NCBI GenBank assembly: GCA_965198225.1 | Contig: CBDAOY010000003.1 | Location: 32,001-96,000 of the forward strand | DNA: 64,000 nucleotides | Direction: 5' to 3' | Source: Terriglobia bacterium | GTDB taxonomy: Bacteria > Acidobacteriota > Terriglobia > 20CM-2-55-15 | Part shown: positions 41,912 to 51,753 of the stretch, one piece after another | Position numbering within the stretch: the first letter of the stretch is position 1 | How the letters are laid out: each line of letters starts with the position of its first letter | Program-made: the position numbers and the translations under genes | The notes under the pieces: generated by a model | Told to the model about the DNA's origin: nothing | What the model saw: the letters and a program-made list of their open reading frames with translations, nothing else | Database searches by the model: none

Positions 41912-42784
41912 GCTACTCTCTGGGGGACCGACACCGTGTTCCGCGCCCCGCTGACCGAGGTCATCGGACCCACCCACATCGTTCTCTATGAGCACCTGAT
42001 CCTGTCGCTCGTCGTCCTGCCGATCGTGATTCGGCATCGAGGCGTGTTGCGACACCTCGGCAGATCCGAATGGCTGGCGGTGCTCGGTATTTCCTGGATC
42101 GGGTCGGCGGCGGCAACCGTTCTGTTCACCTACGCGATCCAGGCGGGCAACCCGACGACCGCGGTGCTGCTCCAGAAGCTGCAGCCTTTGTTCGCGATGA
42201 CGCTGGCATGGAGTTTTCTCGGCGAGCGCTGGTCTCGAAAGTTTCCATACGTTGCGCTCGGAGCCCTGCTTGGCGGCTACTTGATCTCTTTCGGGGGAGC
42301 GAACCTTCTGGATCCGCTTTCCGCGGTCGAGCTTCGGCCGGCGCTCCTGGCGACGACTGCGGCGATGGGTTGGGGCAGCGCGACCGTTCTGGGTCGCTGG
42401 ATGGTGCCCAAGGTTCCGTTCACCTTACTCACAGGACTGCGGGTTGTCTGTGCCGTGCCGCTTCTCACGCTGTTCTCGCTGATGGAGACTCCGGTCGTGC
42501 CGCGGGGCGAACACGTCCTGCCACTCCTTTTCATGGCGCTCGTACCCGGATTCGCCGGTCTGATGCTGTACTATCGGGGCCTCCGTAGGACGCCGGCGTT
42601 CCGGGCGACGTTGGCCGAGCTGGCCTTTCCCGCGACCGCCGCGCTTCTGAACTGGACGTTTCTCGGTGCGGAGACGAACGCCGTTCAGCTCTTTGGATTC
42701 ATGCTGGTGTGGTTGTCGATCGTTCTGCTGCGAACCGGAGCACGGATTGCACGGACAAATCCAGCCACGGATTACACGGATTAA
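41912..42784 (+). CDS. EamA/DMT-family membrane transporter (body; start displaced)
   Basis: Multiple hydrophobic helices; LWGTD, LLQKLQPLFA, LYYRGLRRTPA...ELAFP. Confidence 0.8.
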   Translation, partial: ATLWGTDTVFRAPLTEVIGPTHIVLYEHLILSLVVLPIVIRHRGVLRHLGRSEWLAVLGISWIGSAAATVLFTYAIQAGNPTTAVLLQKLQPLFAMTLAWSFLGERWSRKFPYVALGALLGGYLISFGGANLLDPLSAVELRPALLATTAAMGWGSATVLGRWMVPKVPFTLLTGLRVVCAVPLLTLFSLMETPVVPRGEHVLPLLFMALVPGFAGLMLYYRGLRRTPAFRATLAELAFPATAALLNWTFLGAETNAVQLFGFMLVWLSIVLLRTGARIARTNPATDYTD

Positions 42785-42937
42785 GCGGATTGGTTGAGGT
42801 CTTTCGGATAGCAGAGCCCAGGTTTTTGCCATCCGTGTAATCTGTGCAATCCGTGGCCTTCCGATGCTGGACTCGACACCTCAGTTCGCGCTTGCGAAAT
42901 CTGCGAGAATCCGTGCAATCCGTGTAACATCCGCGTA
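42764..42937. repeat. Inverted arrays of 9-10 bp repeats (CACGGATTA / AATCCGTG)
   Basis: GCCACGGATTACACGGATTAAGCGGATT; ATCCGTGTAATCTGTGCAATCCGTGGC; AATCTGCGAGAATCCGTGCAATCCGTGT. Confidence 0.75.
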
Positions 42938-44683
42938 ATGGCTTTCAAGAACCTGCAGGACTTCACCACGCACCTCGAAAAGAACGGTCAACTCCGGAGG
43001 ATTCGCGCCGAGGTCGATCCCGTGCTCGAAGCGCCGGAGATCGCCCAACGGGTCCTCCGAGAAGGCGGCCCGGCGTTGTTGTTCGAAAACCCAAAGAGTG
43101 CCTCCTTTCCGCTCCTGATGAACCTCTTCGGCACCATGGATCGCGTCGTGAGGGCCATCGGGCGGGACCCGGCGGAAATCGGAAAGGAACTTCTCGGCAC
43201 GATCCAGCGCGTCAACCCGCCGTCGCTCAAGGGTTTCTGGGAGTCCCGGAACACGCTCAAGAAGGCCGCGCTGATGCAGCCGCGTCGGACCTCGTCCGCC
43301 GCCTGCCAGCAAGTCGTCGAAAACCCGGATCTCGAGCGGCTGCCCATTGTCCAATGCTGGCCCGAAGACGCCGGCCGTTTCATAACCTACGGTATGGTCA
43401 TCACCCGTCACCCCGAAACAAAGCGCCGGAACTTTGCCCTGTATCGCCTGCAGGTCTACGACGACGACAAGACAGGCATGCACTGGCAGAGCATGAAGGG
43501 CGGGCGCGGGCACTACTGGGCCGCCGAGCAGCGGGGGGAGAGCCTGGAGGTTGCAGTCGTAATCGGTTGCAGCCCGATCCTGATGCTTGCATCGATCCTG
43601 CCGCTGCCCGAAGACATGGACGAGATCGCCTTTGCGGGATTCCTCGAGGGCCGGGGCATCAGGATGGCGCAAGCGGCCTCCATCGACATGCGGGTTCCCG
43701 CAGAAGCGGAGTTTGTCCTGGAAGGGGTTGTGCCGCCGAAGGAGCGTCGACTGGAAGGCCCGTTTGGAGATCATTTCGGCCACTACTCCGACGCGGCCGA
43801 TTTCCCCGTGTTCCACATCCGGAAGGTGACGCGCAGACGCAACCCCATTTATGTGGCTACCGTCGTGGGAAAGCCTCCACAGGAGGACAAGTTCATCGGT
43901 ATTGCGGCGGGCCAGATGGTCGGGCCGCTGATCCGTGTGATCAACCCGAACGTGGTCGACATGTGCGCTTACGTCGGTGCGGGATTCCACAACCTCCTCG
44001 TGGTGGCCGTCCAGGAACGCCACCCGAAGGAGGTGCTCAAGACGGCGATGTCGCTGCTCGGAACCGGGCAACTCTCGTTGACGAAGGTCATGGTCCTCGT
44101 CCGGGCCGATCAAGACCCCTCCGTGTTCTCCCGGGTCCTGGCCGAGATCGGTCGTCGCTGCGGGATCCAGGACAACCTTCTCCTGCTGCCGGTGGCGCCG
44201 CTCGACACGCTCGACTTCACGTCGTTCACGATGCACGTCGGAAGCAAGCTGATCATCGATGCGGCCGGCGAGGTCGTCAACGCCGAGGAACCCCGGTTGC
44301 GCGATACCCCTGAGCGCTTTGATCCGCTGGTGCGTCGGTGGAAACTGCTGGACGGGGGGTTCCTCGTCGTCGTCGTTGAGGGGAACGCTCGCGCGGTGCT
44401 GGAGCGGCTGATCGAGGCCGCGATCGGTGCGCGCTTCATCGTCGCAGTCAGCTCCGACGTCGACCTCGACGACGAGGAGAACCTGCAGTGGGGAATCTTT
44501 ACGCGTTTCGATCCGGCGCGCGATATGCTTTTTGAAAGCCAGAAATTCGTCGGTGCGCGCCCCGTATACGGCGGCACCGTCGGAATCGATGCCACCTGGA
44601 AGGAGGGCTATCCGAAGCCGCTCGAACCGGAGCCCTCGACTACCCGCCTGGTCGACCGACGTTGGGACGAGTACTGGAAATAG
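42938..44683 (+). CDS. UbiD-family prFMN-dependent decarboxylase (MqnL-like, menaquinone pathway)
   Basis: GGPALLFENP, WPEDAGRFIT, YRLQV, EGPFGDHFGHY, VVGKPPQED, GIDATWK. Confidence 0.88.
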   Translation: MAFKNLQDFTTHLEKNGQLRRIRAEVDPVLEAPEIAQRVLREGGPALLFENPKSASFPLLMNLFGTMDRVVRAIGRDPAEIGKELLGTIQRVNPPSLKGFWESRNTLKKAALMQPRRTSSAACQQVVENPDLERLPIVQCWPEDAGRFITYGMVITRHPETKRRNFALYRLQVYDDDKTGMHWQSMKGGRGHYWAAEQRGESLEVAVVIGCSPILMLASILPLPEDMDEIAFAGFLEGRGIRMAQAASIDMRVPAEAEFVLEGVVPPKERRLEGPFGDHFGHYSDAADFPVFHIRKVTRRRNPIYVATVVGKPPQEDKFIGIAAGQMVGPLIRVINPNVVDMCAYVGAGFHNLLVVAVQERHPKEVLKTAMSLLGTGQLSLTKVMVLVRADQDPSVFSRVLAEIGRRCGIQDNLLLLPVAPLDTLDFTSFTMHVGSKLIIDAAGEVVNAEEPRLRDTPERFDPLVRRWKLLDGGFLVVVVEGNARAVLERLIEAAIGARFIVAVSSDVDLDDEENLQWGIFTRFDPARDMLFESQKFVGARPVYGGTVGIDATWKEGYPKPLEPEPSTTRLVDRRWDEYWK

Positions 44684-44840
44684 ATCGGGGACGGAGACCG
44701 AATTCGCGTGAGGATCGAGATCAGGGACGGAGACTGAATTACCCGGACTGCTAAACCGTTGGTTTTCGGTTCCCAAGAATTCGGTCTCCGTCCCCGATCT
44801 CCTCGATTTTGCGAATTCGGTCTCCGTCCCCGATCTATTT
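44678..44840. repeat. Nested inverted-repeat element (4 copies of AGATCGGGGACGGAGACCGAATTC)
   Basis: 30-bp perfect outer IR 44678-44707 / 44811-44840; inner IR about 44718-44740 / 44777-44800. Confidence 0.88.
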
Positions 44841-44904
44841 TCTGATCTATTTTTTGCCAACCGCATCGGGGCAGGGGTGTCTATGACACCGACAAGGACA
44901 GTGA

Positions 44905-45495
44905 ATGGCGCCGGCTGACGAGACGCAACTTATTCAAAAAGCTCAAGATGGGGATGTCGACGCGTTCTGCGCCCTGGTGGCACAGCACCAGCGCTCCATG
45001 TATCTGCTGGCCTACCGGTACGACGCCGAGGACCTGGCCCAGGAGGTTTTCCTGAACGCTCATCGGGCAATCGACCGGTTTCAGGGGAGGAGTTCTTTTC
45101 GCACCTGGCTGTCGCGGATTCTGGTGAATGCATTCCTGAATCACCGGAGGAAGAATGATCCGCTCTCGGAGAAACGACGGTCCGACAGCGATCCGGAAGC
45201 CAGTCCCCCGGCTCCGGGGTTCCAGACCGCGAACGCGTCGGCCCGCACGACCGAGAACCGGCTACTCGTCCAGGAAGTGTTGCGTTTTCTGGACACCGTT
45301 CCGGAAAGGCAGCGACTGATGTTCCTGCTCAAGCACCAGGAGGGTCAGACCTGCGAGGAGATCGCCAAGCTGATGGGCACCTCTGTCGGCACCGTGAAGA
45401 AGACGCTGTTCCGTGTCGTGGGGAAGCTCAGATCCGAGTTCGCTCGGAAGGAAGAACAACCATGCATCGCTGCGAAAGTTTCAGAACAAGCGTAA
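44905..45495 (+). CDS. ECF RNA polymerase sigma factor
   Basis: DAEDLAQEVF, FQGRSSFRTWL, EEIAKLMGTSVGTVK. Confidence 0.88.
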   Translation: MAPADETQLIQKAQDGDVDAFCALVAQHQRSMYLLAYRYDAEDLAQEVFLNAHRAIDRFQGRSSFRTWLSRILVNAFLNHRRKNDPLSEKRRSDSDPEASPPAPGFQTANASARTTENRLLVQEVLRFLDTVPERQRLMFLLKHQEGQTCEEIAKLMGTSVGTVKKTLFRVVGKLRSEFARKEEQPCIAAKVSEQA

Positions 45496-46202
45496 TCGAG
45501 CCGATCCTGGACGGGCGAGAGCTCAGCGCGGAGGAACGCCTCGAGTTGTCGTCCTGCCAAGACTGCATGGACTTCTACAGAGAGTCGGTCCAAGCCCTGG
45601 AGATTCTGGCACTTGCATCTGAGGAGCCGGATGAGGAGTTCTTTGCCGGGTTCAACGACCGCCTCCGGCGCCGGATTATCAACGATCGCGTCGCGGAAGA
45701 ACGGGGCGTGGGCGGGCGACCCTCCTGGCTCGCACTTTTGAAGCCGCTGGTTCCCGCAGCAAGCCTCCTCGCTGTGATGGTCGCCGTTTACAGTAGCATC
45801 GGGCCGGCAGACGTTCCCTCGCCCGCCGGGAATCTGATTGTCTGGGAGCCTGTTCTGGAGATTGACCCCGGCACAGTGGACTTCCTCGAACGGTCGGAGT
45901 TGTTCCTCCGAACGTTCACGAAACTGAGGGTCACCGACGTGGAAGACCTGGCAGAGGCCCAGGCGATCTCCCACGCCCAGATCCTGGCGATCGAGCCACG
46001 GAAGGAAGCCGTAGTCGATTTCCCGCCCGTGTTGATGGTCTTCGAAGAATACGAGAACGTCTTGCGAGACATCCGTAACCTGCCCGAAGCGGCGGCTGAG
46101 GAAGATGTCGCCGATATCCAGGAAAGGATCGAGCGCAATGGACTCGTTGCCAGGATGAAGGGGTATCAGCCCGAGGTCACGCTGGTGGCGCTCGAACAAT
46201 GA
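45462..46202 (+). CDS. Putative membrane-anchored anti-sigma factor
   Basis: Overlaps sigma; CxxC (CQDC) N-terminus, single TM. Confidence 0.65.
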   Translation: MHRCESFRTSVIEPILDGRELSAEERLELSSCQDCMDFYRESVQALEILALASEEPDEEFFAGFNDRLRRRIINDRVAEERGVGGRPSWLALLKPLVPAASLLAVMVAVYSSIGPADVPSPAGNLIVWEPVLEIDPGTVDFLERSELFLRTFTKLRVTDVEDLAEAQAISHAQILAIEPRKEAVVDFPPVLMVFEEYENVLRDIRNLPEAAAEEDVADIQERIERNGLVARMKGYQPEVTLVALEQ

Positions 46203-46263
46203 AGTGAAGAAGGAAGAAAAGCTCCAAATGCCATTACCCGTTGAGTATACGAGGAAAGAATCA

Positions 46264-47616
46264 ATGCAACGTCATCCATTAACATTTCGGATAATCGGAC
46301 TGGTTGTGCTGTCCGTGGTTGCGCTGCCGCCCGCCGAGGCCCAGGTTGTGTCCCCAGCGCTCGTGTCGCAGTTCGCCGCCGAGCTGGATGAGGCGCGGGA
46401 CATCTTCAACGAAGGTCTGCGAATGTTCGAACAGGGACGCTGGGAAGGGGCCGAGCAGAATTTCCGCGAAGTGATGCGTCGTTTCCCGGACAACGCGATC
46501 GCCGACCGTTCATCCTACTATCACATCCGGACCCTGGTCCGGTTGAACCGGGCGACACAGGCGCTGGAAGAGATCGGTGCGTTCCCGACGCGGTTCCCGG
46601 ATTCCCGCTGGCTGAGCGATGTTCACGAGGAGCGGCTCCGTCTGACGAACAATCTCCCCAGGGTGATGGCATTCCAGGCACCCGCGGCTCCGCCGGCCCC
46701 ACCGGCTCCCCCCGCAGCCGAGCTACCTCCGGTTCCACCCGCTCCCCCGGCTCCGCCGCGTCCTTTTGAGTTCGCGGACCTGGAAGAGGTCATCGAACAG
46801 TCCATGGAAGGAATGGAGGAGAGGATGATGGAAGCTCGCGAGGGCTTCCGGGTGGCCGAGAGCGTCCTGCGCGGTATGCAGGGTGTGGTTGCCGGCGGCG
46901 AGGAAGTCGATCCCGAAACCAGCCTGCAGCAGGAAATCCTTCGATCCCTGTTTCGGAACGACCCGGACCGCGCGCTGGAGGTTGCGGCCGATCGCCTGGA
47001 AGCGAACCCGAGCGATCCTGTCGTGATGGCCAACTTCCACATGATTGCGCGGGAGGATTCCGACGCATCGCTCGAGATGCTTGCGAACCTGGCGAAGAAC
47101 TCGCCCGATGACCGTGTCCGCAAGGAAGCCATCTTCTGGATCAGCCGATGGGACGGAGACGAGGATCGCGTCGTCGAGGTGCTGCTCGACATCCTGCCCA
47201 CGATTGACGACGACGAGACTGCATCGTCGGTGGCCTTCTCCCTGAGCCGGGTTGACAGCGAAAGCGCGGTCCAGGCGCTGCTGACGATTGCCAACGACGC
47301 CGTTCGCAACGTCGAACTCCGTAAGAACGCGATCTTCTACATCGGGCGAACAGATGCAGGTAATCAGGTCGACGCTTTGAGACAGATCTACTCGAATGCC
47401 TCCGACAGCGAGGAGATTCGCAAACAGGTGGCTTTTGCTCTCAGCCGGCTGGATGAAGACGACGAAGGCGGAGCCGGCGCCATCGCGCTGATGGGAGAGA
47501 TCGCCAGGAACGATCCCAGCATCGAGGTCAAGAAGCAGGCCGTCTTCTGGCTCGGCCGGATGGACAGTCCCGAAGCTCTGCAGATTCTGGAAGATCTTCT
47601 GCGCGGTCCGCAGTGA
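46264..47616 (+). CDS. Exported TPR/BamD-like plus HEAT-repeat protein with Pro/Ala linker
   Basis: Signal peptide, FPDSRW, PAAPPAPP, repeated VRKEAIFWI / VKKQAVFWLG. Confidence 0.75.
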   Translation: MQRHPLTFRIIGLVVLSVVALPPAEAQVVSPALVSQFAAELDEARDIFNEGLRMFEQGRWEGAEQNFREVMRRFPDNAIADRSSYYHIRTLVRLNRATQALEEIGAFPTRFPDSRWLSDVHEERLRLTNNLPRVMAFQAPAAPPAPPAPPAAELPPVPPAPPAPPRPFEFADLEEVIEQSMEGMEERMMEAREGFRVAESVLRGMQGVVAGGEEVDPETSLQQEILRSLFRNDPDRALEVAADRLEANPSDPVVMANFHMIAREDSDASLEMLANLAKNSPDDRVRKEAIFWISRWDGDEDRVVEVLLDILPTIDDDETASSVAFSLSRVDSESAVQALLTIANDAVRNVELRKNAIFYIGRTDAGNQVDALRQIYSNASDSEEIRKQVAFALSRLDEDDEGGAGAIALMGEIARNDPSIEVKKQAVFWLGRMDSPEALQILEDLLRGPQ

Positions 47617-47619
47617 GGT

Positions 47620-47676
47620 GTAGGTGCGGTCTATGACCGCACAACAAAGGGACGGGCGCTCATAGAGCGCCCCTAC
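47620..47676. repeat. GTAG REP doublet
   Basis: GTAGGTGCGGTCTATGACCGCAC ... GGGCGCTCATAGAGCGCCCCTAC. Confidence 0.85.
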
Positions 47677-47688
47677 AGGCATCGCATC

Positions 47689-48525
47689 ATGATCTACCTG
47701 ATTCCAGCGCTGTTCGTGCTGAACTTGCAAGTTGCGACAGGGGATTTTGTCCAGATTGCGGGTCCGAGCCTCGAGTCGCGTTTCGAGAGCGCGATCGCGC
47801 GGGGCAGGAGCGCAGCGGACGAGACGTTCTGGGTGGCATACCAGTTTCCCGTGGAAGACGGTGTCCGAGTCGGCGGACGCGGCGCGACCCTCAACACCGA
47901 TCGGGGTTCGCAGACTGTTTACCGGTCCCGGGACGGTATTGTCTTGATCCCAGAGGAAGGGGTGCCCACTCAGCGGGTAGGACTCTTCTTGATGGCCCGC
48001 AAGTCCGATGGTGCGATCCGGAGGATGCGGGTCCTGGATCTGGACGAGAATTACGAGATACGAGACCGCGAGGTCTACTGGCTGGGCGCTGCCGAAGCGG
48101 ACGAGAGCGTCGACATGGTCGCCCGAGTCGCGGCCGGCGGCCAGAACCGCAACGTCTCGAGCCTGATGATGGTGATGAGCCTCCACGAAACCGAACGCTC
48201 GACCGACCGACTGATCGAGATCGCCCGCGGCTCCGCACCACGAGATGTGCGCAAGGACGCCTTGTTCTGGCTCGGCCAGGAGGTCAGCCAGCGGGCCGGC
48301 GACGCGTTGCGGGACATGGTCATGGAAGACGGACCTGAGACAGAGATCCAAAAACAGGCGGTCTTCGCCATCAGCCGCCGCGACGATGATGAGTCAATCC
48401 CGCTGCTGATCGAAGTCGCCGCCGACCACTCCAGCCTGGCAGTCCGCAAGCAGGCCATCTTCTGGCTCGGCCGCAAACAAGACCCCCGCGTCGTCGATTT
48501 CTTCGAACGCATGTTGAGGAACTAA
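47689..48525 (+). CDS. HEAT-repeat protein
   Basis: VRKDALFWLGQ, IQKQAVFAIS, VRKQAIFWLG, DPRVVDFFE. Confidence 0.78.
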   Translation: MIYLIPALFVLNLQVATGDFVQIAGPSLESRFESAIARGRSAADETFWVAYQFPVEDGVRVGGRGATLNTDRGSQTVYRSRDGIVLIPEEGVPTQRVGLFLMARKSDGAIRRMRVLDLDENYEIRDREVYWLGAAEADESVDMVARVAAGGQNRNVSSLMMVMSLHETERSTDRLIEIARGSAPRDVRKDALFWLGQEVSQRAGDALRDMVMEDGPETEIQKQAVFAISRRDDDESIPLLIEVAADHSSLAVRKQAIFWLGRKQDPRVVDFFERMLRN

Positions 48526-48648
48526 TATGGGGGCAGAGCCCCCGTTCCCTCGATCCATTTTTCACTTATTACAGTCTCGCAAGCGCGAGATTGACGCTCT
48601 GCGCCCCTATTTAGGCTTTGCGGGATGTGGACCGTTTATAATGAGGTC

Positions 48649-48939
48649 ATGGATAACAGGAAGAAAATCGAGGTCCGGTGTTCGTGTTGCGATGCAACAC
48701 TGACGGTCGATGCCGCGAGCGGGGAAGTCCTGTTTACGAAGGAGCCGGAGAAGAAAGGCCTTTCATTCGACGACGCGCTTGCGAAGGTCAAGGCTCACGA
48801 GGCCACCGCGTCGGCTCGCTTCGATGAGGCGTTCCAGAAAGAGAAGGGCCGGAAGGATCTGATCGACGCTAAATTCCAGGAAGCGATGGAGCGCGCCGAC
48901 GAACTGGAAATGCCCGTCCGGGATATTGATTTAGACTGA
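48649..48939 (+). CDS. Small hypothetical protein with N-terminal CxCC motif
   Basis: IEVRCSCCDATLTVD...RDIDLD; GAGG RBS; upstream TATAAT. Confidence 0.7.
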   Translation: MDNRKKIEVRCSCCDATLTVDAASGEVLFTKEPEKKGLSFDDALAKVKAHEATASARFDEAFQKEKGRKDLIDAKFQEAMERADELEMPVRDIDLD

Positions 48940-48959
48940 AGACTGCTTGCTCAAACGAG

Positions 48960-48991
48960 AAAAAGGGCGGCCAATAAGGCCGCCCTTTTTT
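48960..48991. terminator. Bidirectional Rho-independent terminator
   Basis: AAAAAGGGCGGCC-aataa-GGCCGCCCTTTTTT between convergent genes. Confidence 0.85.
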
Positions 48992-49005
48992 GTTCGCTTT
49001 CTTCT

Positions 49006-49069
49006 GTAGGTGCGGTCTATGACCGCACGGTCTTCGCGCCGAGACAAGGTGCGCTCATAGAGCACCTGC
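49006..49069. repeat. GTAG REP doublet (second unit degenerate)
   Basis: GTAGGTGCGGTCTATGACCGCAC ... GTGCGCTCATAGAGCACCTGC. Confidence 0.75.
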
Positions 49070-49082
49070 ACCTGCCTGACGT

Positions 49083-51284
49083 CTATCTCCTCCCTCTCGG
49101 CCCCCGGCCCCGGTCTCCACGGGGGGGGCCGCCGCGCCCACGTCCACCCCGGTCACGGCCTCCTCCTCCTCCGCTGGGGATCTCAGCCGGCTCACCACGC
49201 TGCTCGCGCAGCAACGCGCGTCGGGAGAGCTTGACCTTGTTTCCTTCAACGGCGATGACCTTGACCTGAAGCTGGTCGCCTTCCTTCAGCTCATCGTGGA
49301 TGTCGCGGATGCGATGCTCGGCCACCTCCGAGATATGCAGCAGTCCGTCCGTGCCCGGGAAGATCTCGACGAAGGCGCCGAAATCGACCAGGCGGACGAC
49401 CTTGCCGAGGTATGTCTTGCCGATCTCCGCTTCGGCTGTCAGGTCCTTGATGATCTGGATCGCCTGTTCCGCCGACTGGCCATCGCTGGAAGCGATGTTG
49501 ACACGACCGTCGTCGTTGACGTCGATCTTGACCCCGGTTCGTTCGACGATCGAACGAATCATTTTGCCGCCCGGTCCGATCACGTCGCGGATTTTGTCGA
49601 CTGGGATCTGGATCGTGTGGATCCTGGGAGCGTGGGGCGAGATATCATCCTTGATGGCTGGAATCGCTTCCTGCATCTTGTCGAGGATGTGCATCCGGCC
49701 GGCCTTGGCTTGTTCCATGGCTTTGGACATGATCTCGAACGTCACGTTCGTGATCTTGATGTCCATCTGGAGCGCCGTGATACCCTCGCGCGTGCCGGCG
49801 ACCTTGAAGTCCATATCACCGTAGTGGTCCTCGGCGCCTGCGATGTCGCTCAGGACGGCATACTTGCCGCCTTCCGACACCAGGCCCATCGCGACACCGG
49901 CAACCGGCCGCTTGATCGGCACACCGGCTTCCATCAAGGCGAGGGCGGCACCGCAGACCGTCGCCATCGACGACGAACCGTTCGACTCCAGGATGTCGGA
50001 GACAACCCGGACGGTGTAAGGAAAGTCGTCCTCGGAGGGCATCATCGGCAGCAAGGCCCGTTCGGCCAGCGTGCCGTGTCCCACCTCGCGTCGGCTGGTT
50101 CCCATCAGCCGACGAACTTCGCCGACTGAAAACGGCGGGAAGTTATAGTGCAACAGGAAACGCTTGAACGATTCTCCCTCTAGACGGTCCATCCTTTGCG
50201 CGTCGTCGGCCGTACCCAGCGTCGCTGTCACAAGCGCCTGGGTTTCCCCGCGGGTAAAGATCACCGATCCATGCGTGCGGGGCAGGAGGTTTCCTTCGAT
50301 CCAGATCGGACGGATTTCGTCCGTCGCGCGCCGGTCCGGACGGATGCTATCGTAAAGGATCTGGTCCCTGAAGATTTTCTCCTTCAGCTGGCTGAAAGCG
50401 CGCCCGGCGAGCTTGAGCGTTTCCTCTTCGGCTTCCTCGAAGCTCGCGAGAACCTTGGCCTTGGCGTTGTCGACTTTGGCGTAGCTGGTCAGCTTGTCGT
50501 ACTTTTGTGTGTTGAGCGCGTCTTCGAGCTCCTCTCGGATCAGACTTTCAACCTTCTTGTCGATTTCAGCATCCTCAGCCGGTCCCTCAGGCTGCGTCTT
50601 CTCTGGCTGGATGATGTCGTAGAGCTGCTGCTCGAGTCCGATGATCTGCTTCACGAGGTCGTGACCGAAGGCGATGGCCTCGATCATGACTTCCTCCGAA
50701 ACCTCCTCGGCCCCCGCCTCGACCATCGTGACCCCTTCGGCTGTACCGGCAACCACCAGGTTCAACCGGCTCTCTTCCATCTCCGTGTACGAGGGGTTGA
50801 CGATGTAGCTGCCGTCGACCAGGCCGACGCGAACCGCCGCGATCGGCTGAGTGAAGGGAAGGGTCGACAGATAGAGTGCCGTCGAAGCGCCGATGATGCT
50901 GAGCGTCGACGGATCGGTGTCCGGGTCGGCCGACAACACGAGCGCGATAATCTGAGTTTCGTTCCGGTAACCATCGGGGAACAACGGGCGGATCGGCCGG
51001 TCGATCATGCGGCTGTTGAGCACCTCACGGTCCGACGGTTTGCCCTCGCGCTTGAAAAAACCGCCCGGGATCTTGCCGGCGGCGTAAAAATTCTCTCTGT
51101 GGTCGCATGTGAGCGGGAAAAAATTCAGACCCTCGCGGGGCTCTTTCGCTCCGCATGCAGAGACAAGAACGACCGTTTCGCCGTACGTTATGTAGGCGGC
51201 ACCGTCGGCCTGCGTGGCCAGCTTTCCCACTTCGATCGACAGTTCGCGACCGCCGATCTCCATGCTGACTTTGTGAACATTCAT
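49083..51284 (-). CDS. pnp: Polyribonucleotide nucleotidyltransferase
   Basis: GKIPGGFFKREG, RREVGHG, ESNGSSSMA, GDMDFKVAG, KH and S1 domains. Confidence 0.98.
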   Translation of the reverse strand: MNVHKVSMEIGGRELSIEVGKLATQADGAAYITYGETVVLVSACGAKEPREGLNFFPLTCDHRENFYAAGKIPGGFFKREGKPSDREVLNSRMIDRPIRPLFPDGYRNETQIIALVLSADPDTDPSTLSIIGASTALYLSTLPFTQPIAAVRVGLVDGSYIVNPSYTEMEESRLNLVVAGTAEGVTMVEAGAEEVSEEVMIEAIAFGHDLVKQIIGLEQQLYDIIQPEKTQPEGPAEDAEIDKKVESLIREELEDALNTQKYDKLTSYAKVDNAKAKVLASFEEAEEETLKLAGRAFSQLKEKIFRDQILYDSIRPDRRATDEIRPIWIEGNLLPRTHGSVIFTRGETQALVTATLGTADDAQRMDRLEGESFKRFLLHYNFPPFSVGEVRRLMGTSRREVGHGTLAERALLPMMPSEDDFPYTVRVVSDILESNGSSSMATVCGAALALMEAGVPIKRPVAGVAMGLVSEGGKYAVLSDIAGAEDHYGDMDFKVAGTREGITALQMDIKITNVTFEIMSKAMEQAKAGRMHILDKMQEAIPAIKDDISPHAPRIHTIQIPVDKIRDVIGPGGKMIRSIVERTGVKIDVNDDGRVNIASSDGQSAEQAIQIIKDLTAEAEIGKTYLGKVVRLVDFGAFVEIFPGTDGLLHISEVAEHRIRDIHDELKEGDQLQVKVIAVEGNKVKLSRRALLREQRGEPAEIPSGGGGGRDRGGRGRGGPPRGDRGRGPRGRR

Positions 51285-51450
51285 GATTGTTTGAACTTCC
51301 TTTCGTCGGCGTCCGACGAGGCTTGCGATAAGCGAAACGAACAGTCGCTTCGACTACGGGTCGTTACACGACCCCCAAAATGATAATTGGAGTGGTACAT
51401 CCCACGGGTTGGATTCTTAATCCGGAGCTTGGAGACGGGATCCGGTGTGC

Positions 51451-51720
51451 TTACTTACGCAGGCCCAGCTTCGAGATCACTTCACGATAGCGACCGACTT
51501 CGGCTCGCTTCAGGTACTCGAGTAGACGCCGACGTCTTCCGACTAGTTTCAGCAGTCCTCGCCGCGACCCATGATCCTTCTTGTGTGTCTTGAAATGCTC
51601 AGTAAGGTAAGAGATTCGTTCACTGAGTATTGCGATCTGGACTTCCGGAGACCCCGTATCCGAAGGATGGATTCTGAACTGATCGATAATTGAGCCTTTT
51701 GATTCCCTCGTCAGAGCCAT
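51451..51720 (-). CDS. rpsO: 30S ribosomal protein S15
   Basis: [24 protein letters not shown]. Confidence 0.98.
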   Translation of the reverse strand: MALTRESKGSIIDQFRIHPSDTGSPEVQIAILSERISYLTEHFKTHKKDHGSRRGLLKLVGRRRRLLEYLKRAEVGRYREVISKLGLRK

Positions 51721-51753
51721 TCTCTACTTTTTTCTTCCTCCGTATAGTAGCGT

